Assembly: GCF_964355755.1 (NCBI RefSeq)
Contig: NC_092671.1
Location: forward strand, 9,734,001-9,798,000
Reading direction: 5' to 3'
From: Antedon mediterranea
Lineage: Eukaryota; Animalia; Echinodermata
Length of the DNA stretch: 64,000 nt
The stretch's first letter is position 1. The number at the start of each line of letters is the position of its first letter. Positions 52,001 to 63,669 of this stretch are shown here, piece after piece. The notes beneath the pieces were generated by a model. That model ran no database searches. It was not told the DNA's origin and was given only the letters and a program-made list of their open reading frames with translations. The position numbers and the translations under genes were made by a program.

Positions 52001-55000
52001 GTTAACCTACTTAACATGTTAACCTACATATCTATATATACCTACATATATATACCTACATATCTATATATTAAACCACTTGTAAAGAACCATTTTTGCC
52101 CACACTTTGATGTTTCCAGTTTCACGTCCCATGTATTTCATATTAAAATGAACTTTAAAACGTAATTCATTATTTGCATCAAAAAGGTCATGTTTGTATA
52201 TTATTAATAGTCTTCCTTGTATAAAATACTTCCTTATAGTTGGAACTACAAAGGAAGCAATAAAACATACCCTCATAAACTAGCATGTTGATACTCATAT
52301 CTATTTAGCTTAACAAAACAAATTTACAGTTCATTGAATGTAAACAAGTAGCGACAAAAAAACTTTTTTATTTCCTCATGCGTTTATTGTCGAAACTGAT
52401 TGAAAGCAAATCAGTAAAATATTAAAAAGGATTTAAACGAGGGAAGATCGTCGACAAAACAGAATTTGAAATACTAGAAACATGGCAAACAAAGGTAAGT
52501 CTAAGATTAATGTCAGGTTTACCTGGTTTAGGGCCTACAATATAAAATAATATGCATACAGTATAACATAGGTAACCTAGGCAGATACAGAAATCAATAC
52601 AATTACAATGTTATTATTGTTGACTTTAATTTGCAATGTAAACATTATATTTCAATCCACTTAGTCGAAGTACATTTTTCTATTTACTATTAATATACAG
52701 TAGGTTTATATTTGATTGGACTATAACCCTATGAGTATATGGTTATATTTTTGCACATTTCAGATCACACATATGAATCTAATATTCCAAAAACAAAAAT
52801 CAACAGTATCAGGAACCCTTCGGAAACACCAAGTTATACGAACACAGATACAGAAGATGGTCACAAAAACTCAAATGCTTACATAAACACAAGGGGAGGG
52901 GACAAGAACAGAAGAAGTGCAAACACAGGAGCAAAAAGCAACACAACAGACGAAAACTTTAATTATCAGAATGATAAAGGGGCAACATACATGGACATAC
53001 CAGAAAAGGACATACCAGTAAGTGCAGCATATGTGAACACATCATCCACATTAGGACCGGTAAGCCACACTTATTCTCTGCCAGTACAACAAAATTCTTT
53101 CTCTGATAAACTGAACTTAACAGGAACTTGTGAGTTTAGGCTTTACAAAAGCCATGCAAGCCTACACAAACCATATACCACTCACGGAGATCTCATCTGG
53201 GATTACAAACACGTAAGACAATACGGCACTAATGAAGGTTACTTTTTTATGGAAGTTGGACGCAGAAGTGTGACTGGAGAAGGGACACTTATGTTAGAAA
53301 TCAGGGAGACAAAGATTGGACAAGAGATTGTTCGAAATATGAAACGAGAAATAGAGAAGATGTCTTTTGATTTTTATCTTCGTAATAAGATTTCTGGCAC
53401 TACTGATATATCAGGTAATATTAATAAATTACTAAAAAAATCAAAATCAATTTTAATTCAAAATAACCTCTAGTTTACAATATACATCAATAATAGTACA
53501 ATTATTTGTTTATATTATTATTTTGTGTGTGTTTTTTATCCTTATTTTTTTAACAATCATTTTTATCTTTTGTACCATATAATATTTTGTCAATATATTG
53601 TTTGTTTTACAGAGAATACATTTACAGGTGAGATTATAAAAACAAAGTTGTCAAAACATCTCAAACTTTCTGGTCAAATTGTTCTGTTAGTTGACATAAC
53701 AGGAATATCTCTGCAAAATGCGACCACAGGTAAAATGGAATACTGGTGGCCATTCAAAAATATTGTTGAACGCAACGTAAAAGAAAAAAAGTTTAGCTTT
53801 AGGGGCGGAAAAAACAGCATGGCTGGAGAGGGCACTATTGAGTTGCGAACAACAGAGGGGCAACATATCCAAACTAGGTTGCAACATTTTGAAGATCTAC
53901 TCGTTACAAAGAAACAGATGTTGTCTGTACCAGGTAATGGAAGAAATGGCAGCGGGCAAAAGCTACCAGAACCGCAATACCAGGGACTAATATTTGATGA
54001 GAATCCACAGCACACTTATCAAGATCTTTTGCTACTACCAAAATCTCCTACAGTCTAATAGACTAAATATATCTTTGTTCCATATGCATTAGAGAACACC
54101 TATTCAGGGGACACCTTCCAGGATCCAAAAGTGTTTCTTTAATAGAGGTTTGCCGTCATAGTGCTAAAATACATTGACCCCTGATGTCTCCTGAATATTT
54201 GTGTCCAAAATAAGGGTTCCTCCTGTATTTATATATTACAGTAATTTAGAGGCAACAATAATGCTGAAAATAATGTAAAACAGGGAAGAAAATCCAAGAC
54301 TCCACACCTATAGATATGTAATTAGATTAGAGACTGTACCAAACACAAATTACTGCTACATAAGACACTCTACAATCATACTAGAGGTAACTAGGGGTAT
54401 CAAACACAAATTACTGGTACGAGAAAATTTATAAATTGCAATATTAAAAAATGATTTTGTCTGAATAATAAGATTTGAATAAATAAAATGCCATAATGTA
54501 AAAATAAATGTTTGTAAAATCCAGGATATCTAATATCTTAATATATTAAGGTAATATCGAGGTACTGTACTTGTTATACTTTGTTTCAGTTTTGTTTTTA
54601 TTGTTTTATTTGCTCGTTTTACATAATAAAATACTACTATTTATGGTACATTTTGTACTAACATATAGTTGCTACTTTTACATATATTATAGATATTCAA
54701 TATTGCTTACACTTTAATGAGCTCTGCAGTAACAATATATTTATTTTACTACAGTCAACTCTCCCAATTCCAGACACACTTAGTAAAATAGCCTAATATG
54801 TTTGGTTTGCTAGAAATTCTGTTTTTTAATGGAAATGGGAATTTGGGAACATTTTAACCTCAAGAAAAGTCTGCGGTTTTGGAGAGTTTCCGGTTTTTCC
54901 AGAGAGTCTGGTATTGGGAGGGTGGACTATAACATTTAACAATGACTTTTGTTTAAAATTATTACGGAATTTGTGACTTTAATATTTGAGAAATATAGTA

Positions 55001-58000
55001 TTTGTTATTAATACCTTTGTAACATTTTTTCATGCCATATTTATATTAAATGTACATACTATTTTTATTACTAGCATTTTAAAAATCAAATAAAACTAAT
55101 TTGATAATATATAAAACATACAGTGATACTAGATCATACTTCATTGAATGAAATTATTATATGGAATTTCCTTTATTTATGTTAATTTTCAGAAAAAGGT
55201 TGTTTGGTTTCATTGTTTTTTTTAATTAATACTTATGCCTATTATTATCTGAACTTTGACTTAGAAAATATTTAAACAAGGAAATGATATTGAATAATAA
55301 TTAATTTATTATTACCATTCCATTAGAAAATCATTCCTAAACGCCAGTGATTAATATGTGTATTGCACTATCACAGTTTTGTTAAAACAATCAAATAAAA
55401 TTTGGCTTAATAAACCAATGATTGTAAAGTTGTTTCTGTGTATGCATACTTGTAAGACATGTGCATAAATGCAGTCTAGACAAATTTTGGAATTGACAGA
55501 AAGGGCCCGTGGGGTTGGTGGGTGTTGGGGAGAGGAGTCTTATTTATTAATTTGCAATTAGAGAACCAGTTTACTAGCCATGTCCTGATTGGTACACTAA
55601 AAAAGCTCATGCATACACATTTTCACAATAATCATATACAAAATTATACAAGCTGGTTGATGCAGTGATGTGGTTTTTAAAAAAAGAGTTCTTTAGTAAT
55701 TTTTTTTATTCACCATCGTCTTGAGGACAAGGGTTAGGTCAGTTTTACTCAACATTACATTACACCGTAGAGATATAATAGTGAACTATAATATCTCTAT
55801 GATTACACATTAGAACTTTCTTAGTGATTTTTATGGTTGCGCGAGAACTAATCACCATATGATTGCCGCCAATTCTCTCTTATTATCAAAATAATAGTCC
55901 ATTTGAAGATTTCCTTAAAGGTGTACTGTTACACCTTCAAAACAATCCTCAAATGAACTATTATTGTTTTGTTTTTGGCATTTGTTTTTTCACTTAAAAC
56001 ACAATATCTCACACACTGTGGCCACTGCAATGACCTGCCACCACAGTTAAAAAGTAGGCCTAATATTAATACTACAATGATTTCATACAAAATGTACTAG
56101 TGAAACATATGTATTTTGTATGTGTGTATGTGTGATGTTAATAGCTAGAGTAAGGAGAAAGGAATAAGTAAAACAGAAATGGTCACTTTTTGGGCTGACG
56201 GTCAGAATAAGAGAATAGCAGTGTTACACTAATAGTTTAAAATGGTACACAGTCTTCAAAATAGGACATAGCAATGCAATATAATTCCTAAAAATGGAAT
56301 TTCCACTTGGTAAATATATTTGGCAAATCACAGGTGATTTTCAACAATGAAACCTTATATTATGAAAAGACAAGAATGTGTTTGTTGAGTCAGTGGGTGT
56401 TACATAGTTATTCATAATCTACTAAATAAACACTATAGAGGAAAAAGCAAATAATGACAATAACAAAGAAATCCATTCAAATGACTTGTTAATTAAGGTG
56501 CTTGGTACTAAATTACACTGCACTTTTAAGTATTCCTATTATTCACCATTTACCGCCCCTTGAATTTACCTTAAAATAAAGTAGGTTGTATAAACATAGA
56601 AACATTTTTTTATTATAAATTAATAAAAATAAATTAAAATATTCATACAAACGGGATAAAATGATTAGCTTTGTATCAAATGTACTTGTGTTATTACAGT
56701 ATCTGAAACAAGTACTACATTTTGTGAACTATCATTTTTGGTATGATTAGCCTACGATAGGCTCAGAAATTAATATACAGTATGGTTGACATCATCCATT
56801 TTTAGGAATTTTAGTACATTGCCGTCCTATTCCTGTTTATAATAATAATAATAATAATAATTTATTTGGAAAACGCTTTTTGAACAGCGGCACACATAAT
56901 AATGGTGCATCCTTAAAACAATTAAACATACAATATAAAAATATATGAGTATCAAAATAAAGATAGACTAGATTAAAACAGATAATTACTCAGATAAAAC
57001 GGAAGTTCGATAAAACCAAATTAAAAATAAACTGTAATACTAAAACCAATACTTTCATAAACAATTAGCTTATATGAAAACTATTGTATTGGAGCTAGTT
57101 TCTAGCCATTGCCTAATAAGGAGTTACTGTAAAGCCAAAGGTCAATATAGTATCGTTTATTATGTTTCTTTTTGGCACAAATTTTTCGTTAAACAAAATA
57201 AACACAAAAAATGAAGTGTGTACTAATTTTTTTTTAAATACTGTTTTATTTACAGCTGAGAAAATAATGTTTAAAAAAAGACAAATTTTTGTATAATAAA
57301 TAACTATCACTAAACTCGCCATTTACAGGATGGATAAACTATAATTCATCATGATATAGAGTCTAATTTGAGGCTTAGGAAGTTGATTGTTGATTTAGGT
57401 AGGTCAGAATTAACTTATAATTCCACAGTAATGATTTTACAAAACTCTGTGAAAATAAAATTTAAATTAAAATTTTGTGTGCTCAATGTGTAAATTCAAT
57501 GAATTTTCTTATACAGAATTTTTGCTCACTGATTCGCGCATGTGCAAGAAGGCTCTTATCTTATCGCTCTTCAATATTTACTTAATATTTATTTCAACAG
57601 ACTAAGGTCAAAATAGCAGAGACATTCCTAAGAATCAGGTAGTTACACTATTATGGAGAAATTAGGGAAGTTCCCATTGGCTTATGCCACACGTCTGCAA
57701 CTTCCTATTCCTATGAAAGGTATACAGCGAACAATGCTATTTCAGTCATCCAGGAAATGCAGAGTCATATAAATTCAGTGCTTTCAGTTTGTGATTCAGA
57801 ATTAAATCTGATGTTATCAACTACACACCTGTCTGAGATCCTCTTTACTATCAATAGTACCATTACCTATTCATTATCTTCATTATTAATTGGTAAGTCA
57901 CATTCATTTGTTTCATGATCATGATAATTAATTAGTATTATTTATTATTAATTGATAGTGTATCACCAGTTTAGAGTTTCAATTCCTGTAAATTGTTATA

Positions 58001-61000
58001 TTAATATGAAATATAAATTGATGTGTTAATGTTAATTGTTATTGATTCTTTCAAGAATCGTTAATTTTAATTCCAAAGTCAGTTTTTACAATAATTTCAA
58101 ATTTAACAATATTATATTATTAATTGTTAACTAAAATATTCAATCTTATTAATAAACGGTTTATTTTGTATTATTTTATAGAATGAATTTAAAGATGTTT
58201 AACATTAGCATACACTTTTCCGATGACGAACGACTTCGGTCTGGCGAAGATTACCAACTGAACATAAATAATAACGAGCTGTCTTTGAGGGAGCCATCAT
58301 CGTTAAAGACTACGGTCAGCTGGCGATGTGATGTCATACAAAATCATTCAGTTTTCCACCCATACTACTCAATAGAAATGTCTAACTCAAGTAAAAAGAA
58401 GTATGACTTTTTCACGTTTAAGTCTATCGACGCTGAAGAAATATATAAAGCTGTACAAAAAGAAATTGAAACGCATGAAGATAAAAATACACAGGACGAA
58501 TTAGAGAATGTTTCATCGGAGGAAGTGAAGAAGGACGTGACATATGAGAACTTAAAACTGCATGACACAGACGGGAAGCTCTTAGAAGAAACACAAAACT
58601 GCATATATGAAGCAAGTGACCGTAAAAACGAAGTTATCAAAACCGTGTTTACGATTTTTTCATTAAACATTACAACCGAAACACTTCAGAAAAGCAGTCC
58701 GCCAACATCTAACACCGCTAGTCCAAACACAAGAAGAAAAAATAGAGGGCGCCCTTATAAAGAATGTGTACAGCTATTAAGAGTATAAACATTAAGAAAA
58801 TGTAAAACAAATTTGTCTTCCTTAAAATCTGACATTTTAAAAATATTAATAATGTATTTTCGAAAGTTTTTCACGGGTCAGTAAAAATATGCATTTATCA
58901 TATTCAATTGACAAACTGTTTATATTCAAAATCATGCCTATACACTAATTTATGGTGATAAAGTAATATAAACAACTTTGCAGTGTATTATTCAAGAAAT
59001 TTGAAATTTTAAAAAAAATATGAAACTAAAAGATAAACATAAAAGTTTTGTTTTTGTTCAGTAAAAATACAAAGTAAATATGTTTATGAGTTATTTTAAC
59101 AAAATCGAAACTTTAAAAATTCTGGTTTTTATTTATACAGTATATCAACAGACTTATTGGAGCCTAAATCGTGCCAATCTCAATATGGCGATGTGTTTTG
59201 CAATAGGACTTGATAGACTGTTAAAAGATCTAAAAATATAATCAAGAAGTTTACTAGTAAAAATCTGTATTTTTAACGATTCAAAATGTTTTGAAACACA
59301 AAATATATTTTATCAGCTTTATAATGTGTATTTAATGTGATATAATAAGTGTGTTTATATTTTATTTAATTATTTAAACTTAAATCATTATTGGCATTAA
59401 ACTATAGAAATATTTTAAATAACATTGTTGATATTTATAATGATTTAAAACATAATATGGTATATTTCGGTTTGGATATTTATAATTAATACAAGTATTA
59501 CATTAGCTAAATATAACTCAACATATCAAAATGCTATGAACAAAATGTATTCTGTATCAGGAAAATAAAATGTGCAATAGAGCTAAAAACATTTAATAGT
59601 TTTGTCAGAAATGTCTTGTTGGAATAATAATCAATATAAAAGAATGTGATCGCATGGATACGCTGAATTGAAAAAGAAGACAAAATAATGTTGCACATTA
59701 TAAGAAAAGAAGAAGAAACATATGAACTGAAAAGATTCCAAAAGATCCATTTCCTAATAATAATAATAATAATTTCCTAATAATAATGGCACAAAATGTT
59801 TTGTAGATACGTGACGATTAATTAACCAAGCTTTTTGTTTCCACCTATAACTTATTGAAATATAAAACCAATACTACATTAAAAGGCCTTGTTAATGTTT
59901 GGTTTCAGTTACTAATAACAGAACTATACTGGACGATGACGTGGCATACGGTTAAGAAATGTCAATTTGCTGCTTTAAACCACAATAAATTAGTAGGTTT
60001 AGATGGCTCTGATAAACATGATGAACATTTATATGAGGATGTTGGATTACTGATAGTGAGATCGTGGTTCGAATCCAACTCTCACCGCATCGCTTGTATC
60101 CTTAGACACTTTACTTACATTTGCCTCTCTCTACCCAGGTGTATAAAATGGGTACCCAGTTAGATCAAGACACAACTTTGCACTGATTAATAGCTAGATT
60201 ATTATGGGAGTATGATTCCATACATGTTTGATCCAAAAAATGACCAGTGCATTGAGAGCTTGCTTATATGTGCTTTATAAGAATGAACTATTATTATTAT
60301 TATTATTTATAAAATATAGAAACAGGTTCTATACAGGATCAGGTTTACCACATTATTTTCATTTGAACATCTGATAATATCATATGATATGTTTAAGGCA
60401 AAACACATGATTTCTTTCATGGATATGCAACTACGGAAATTCCTAATAATAAATACAGAAACAAAAAATAAAATTATTAGTAGCGGAAGACGGATTGTGG
60501 GCAGGTATACCTTTTTTATAATTGAGACAGGTTCTATCAGGATCAAGTTTACCACATCATTTTCATTTGGACATCCCATAATATCATATATGTTTAGAGC
60601 AAAACCACCTCTTTGTAATTTTAATTCTAGGAAATAAATTTCCCATCTGTATTTTTTTATGTCCCAAAATTACAGATATATTAAATAGAATAATATATTA
60701 TTTTAGCTTATTTAATTAATTTAAGGTATATTTTTATACTTATTTTTACAATTTTAGAAAATAAATTTCCCATCTGTATTTTTTTATATCCCAAAATTAC
60801 AGATATATTACATAGAATAATATATTATTTTGGCTTATTTAATTAATTTAAGTTATATTTTTATACTTATTTTTACAATTTTTTTAGTTTTTTATGTAAT
60901 ACATAGAGCTCAAACTTTCAAATGTTATACTGCAATAAACAATGAATTAATTCATGTATATTACTGTAACAATCAATTATGATACTGTAGGTAGGCTGAA

Positions 61001-63263
61001 TACAATTTGACCCTAAAAAAGGTAACTTTGAACAAACAACGACATAAAAAAAGTTATTTATAGTAAGTAACGGTTCATAAAGCATTATTGAACAAGTATT
61101 TCTAGTGAATTCTACGTCACTTGACTTCTATCTAACAGGCTTGACGTTTATCAGGATTATCTTTCTAAAAATACAATTACTGAGCATGTAAAGGAAACAA
61201 TTTTGAAATATAATAGGAACTAATGTGAAGATACTAGGAAACCACTAGGTGTAGTACACTCACCCTAGCAGGCTGTACTATAAGGTCAATGGAAGAAGTG
61301 AACTGTATTTAGGTCTACAAATTTAATGTTTAATAGTGGAGGTATGAAATGGTTTAACTGACAATAGTATAAAATACATTTTTATCACCATAAAGAAAGA
61401 ATTAATCTTCCCACCAACTAAACTCAAAATAGAAAAACAGCAGTGGCTATGAGCGCACACTGGCTAAACTCAGAGGCCCAGGAGTTTATGGGGCCCTGAG
61501 CAGTGCCCAGAGAAAAAACAGGCATTCAAATATGTCGGAAAAAGGCTAAAGTGTTGGAGGGAAACTTAGTTCCTAAACCAGGGGCCTCATGCCTCTGCAT
61601 TACGCCACTGCATATTAGTGAAGAAGAGAATATTTACCTGAAAACCTTATCAGCTAGACACCTCTTGACTTGAGATATTGGAGCTGGTAGGGGAATGCTG
61701 CGGCCAACTTCAACTACGACGTCATTCTCAAGCAGCTGTTCCTCATGAAGAATAACTGGTGGATTACTGCCATCACCAACTACAATAACCTGATAAAAAT
61801 GCAGTACATTATTACATCATATTTATATGGTTTAACAGTACTGTCAGTGGCATAGGCTGGTTGCAGCCTGGGGGGTACGAAAATTGTAAATGCGGGACAA
61901 ACACTACCCCACCCCCAGCCCATGACCCTAACGCACCCCAACCCTGCCTATGACCCTAACGTACTACCCATAAATCTATAGCTTGTAGCATCAATCTATA
62001 TATTCATATTTATATCACCAATTTCTTCCCACAAAAAGAAACAACTTTTCGTTTTAATAGTTACGTTGCCTTTATATATTAATTTTGTATTATGTATGTG
62101 TTGAAATGAAATAAAAAAAAAAAAAAAAAGAAACAACTTACTCGATTATTAAATGCCACAATTCCAACTCTTTTGTCTGGTTGCTCTCTCTCCATCCTGG
62201 TTAATTGTGTGTCAATGGCTGATTGCATGGCCTACAAAATTATAAATAAATAAAAAGAAAATTATGGAAAGAAATAATTTAAAGTTAGAAGGTTTGAGCG
62301 GTGTCCTCTAAAGGGTTTGACTGTAGTGTGAACAAAAACATATATTTTCATTGTTCATTTCACATGAAAGTGTGTCCTGAATAGGGGTGCCTAAAGGTGG
62401 GAATTTTACAGTACCATACCTGTAATCTTGAAATGTATGTCTTTGGTTGTACAGTAGCACCAGGGTATGAAACATACCGCGGCTCGTCAAACTGCTTACG
62501 ACTTTCCATCAGTGCAACATTTGCATCGTTTGATCTCATCAGTTGATCATTTCCATTCACCTGCGGACATATTAGAATATTGGGTTAGCCATGTATTCCT
62601 TGTTTTACATGAAAATGGCCCATAAATATAGATTTCCAAAAGGTTCTACTGTACGTATACTGTACTAAATTAAAACACTTGAGAAAGTCTGATAACATTC
62701 TAATCATTTCCATTTACGTGTGGACATATTAGAATATTGATTAGCCATATTGTAAAAGCATATTATTCCTCATTTGACAGGAAAGTGTCACATACACAAG
62801 AAGTTTTCTACTGTTTGTATATTTTACTAAACTCAAACCATTGAGAAAGTCTCTGATAACATTCCACGACTTGACCTGTAGTCTTTTACTGGAATAGTGT
62901 GTACTATTGCACGCCATGTGACCCACAATCATCCAATCAAAAATGACTGGAATTTATTTAGATATTAAATAACACTGGATCTGAAAACACACAGGGTTTT
63001 TAAGTATTTTATGTTGAATTTTACTACAGTGAAACAGATTTTATCTTTAAATTACAACTTTATTTGAAGAATGATCACAGAATAAATACCTCAGTTGTGA
63101 CGCACATGCTTCCTGAGATATCTAAACAAAACAAGATGGCCGAATCAGCCTCAGTTCCAGATCCTTCTTTTAATATATAGGTAACATCATCCTTTTCTAA
63201 TTTATCCTGAATTGCAAATTTTTCACTTATATTCTCGGCTTCGCAAAACTCACATTTCCAAAA
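46003..63263 (-). CDS. Sec23/24-type Zn finger + vWA trunk protein (circularly permuted Ras protein 1-like family); 5' exons lie beyond the window, >=561 aa visible
   Basis: Exons 63263-63090, 62560-62420, 62231-62142, 61789-61638, 50653-50444, 50006-49922, 49330-49224, 48980-48865, 48169-48119, 47909-47745, 47523-47400, 47240-47150, 46441-46352, 46092-46003 join in frame. Motifs WKCEFC, ILFCLDISGSM (MIDAS), RVGIVAFNN, GQTALGPAL, VIVCTDGMANIGLG, LPFQLQIRYT. Confidence 0.88.
46548..46872 (-). mobile_element. tRNA-derived SINE with Deu/Nin-like central domain
   Basis: Minus strand: A-box tggccgagcggttaag, B-box ggttcgaggc, central taaaccttaggtcc...ttaaagaacc...gagtagggggttaccccggtg resembling the Deu domain, and a (TCAA)n tail. 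Confidence 0.8.
50091..50206. repeat. Inverted repeat containing a degenerate minimal hammerhead motif (Penelope-like element terminus)
   Basis: Arms ctgaaaagaactgttgagttctcaacgttttcgatcaatatgctttga and tcaaagcatattgatcgaaacgtcgagaaactcaacagttcttttcag. Confidence 0.75.
50911..51921 (+). repeat. 67-bp minisatellite, ~15 copies, each with a GGG-C-GGGG-T-GGGG-CTA-GGGG tract
   Basis: Unit gtgtctatcctatccttcttattgcaatttcctcaatttagggcggggtggggctaggggatgttgt; period measured from 50981 to 51048. Confidence 0.96.
51963..52030. repeat. 17-bp tandem repeat (acatgttaacctacata) x4
   Basis: Read directly from the sequence. Confidence 0.9.
52482..54058 (+). CDS. Nested gene: tandem IRS/DOK-type PTB domain adaptor with Tyr-motif-rich N-terminus, 369 aa
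   Basis: Exons 52482-52494 (ATG GCA AAC AAA G|gtaagt), 52764-53414, 53613-54058 total 1110 nt. WDYKHVRQYGTNEGYFFMEVGRRSVTGEG and WPFKNIVERNVKEKKFSFRGGKNSMAGEG match the IRS-PTB consensus W..IRRYG...F.FE.GR....GEG. Confidence 0.85.
54752..54928. mobile_element. Tigger/pogo-like MITE
   Basis: Imperfect TIRs ta-cagtcaactctcccaattccagac / gtctggtattgggagggtggacta-ta. Confidence 0.55.
58183..58788 (+). CDS. Nested gene: divergent single IRS-type PTB/PH-fold protein with C-terminal Tyr motifs, 201 aa
   Basis: Open frame preceded by a ttttatag acceptor. GEDYQLNINNNELSL...VSWRCDVIQ...YYSIEMS...FFTFKSIDAEEIYKAVQKEI follows the PTB strand/helix pattern. Contains VTYENL and CIYEAS. Possible UTR exons upstream with donors near 57639 and 57893. 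Confidence 0.65.
   Translation: MNLKMFNISIHFSDDERLRSGEDYQLNINNNELSLREPSSLKTTVSWRCDVIQNHSVFHPYYSIEMSNSSKKKYDFFTFKSIDAEEIYKAVQKEIETHEDKNTQDELENVSSEEVKKDVTYENLKLHDTDGKLLEETQNCIYEASDRKNEVIKTVFTIFSLNITTETLQKSSPPTSNTASPNTRRKNRGRPYKECVQLLRV
60035..60307 (+). mobile_element. tRNA-derived SINE with CORE-like domain
   Basis: B-box ggttcgaatcc, then gacactttact...cctctctctacccaggtgtataaaatgggtac, an L2-like tail and (TTA)n. Confidence 0.72.
60318..60885. repeat. Two local duplications: an ~88-bp diverged pair (near 60318 and 60523) and an ~128-bp near-identical tandem pair (60630-60885)
   Basis: aaataaatttcccatctgtatttttttat...tacttatttttacaatttt occurs twice; acaggttctat..ggatca.gtttaccacat occurs twice. 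Confidence 0.85.
61441..61610. mobile_element. hAT-like MITE (related sequence near 39520-40012)
   Basis: cagtggc... / ...tacgccactg termini with internal ggggccc motifs. Confidence 0.55.
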
Positions 63264-63669
63264 CTGTAGAGAATTATAAGAAAAAAATATTGATTTTAAT
63301 TTTCAAATCTAAACTGAATGTTAATAATCACTATAAAAACAGTCATGAGCTATAAAGTGATATACAGCAATGTAATTATATTCTTATCACACTAAATATG
63401 TGGACTTTGAAACTAATAAAAATGATATTCAAGACAACAAACATAATGGATATGGGAAGCTATATATTTGAGGCTGCTACTGCAGCAAATTCGTATAATA
63501 AAATTATTTATTAATATGACTTGATAACTGTATGTCTTCCAAATTTCATCCACACGAAAAATGAATTATGTTGTCTGGATGGTACTACGATACGACAAAT
63601 AAATGTACAGTACAATTATAATACCTACAATAGAGTAGGTAGAATATTTAGACTATAAACAATCTCATA

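Noticed and set aside
59855-60163. 102-aa + strand ORF as a third nested gene
   Set aside because: TTG start, its 3' half lies inside a SINE, and it has no PTB pattern.
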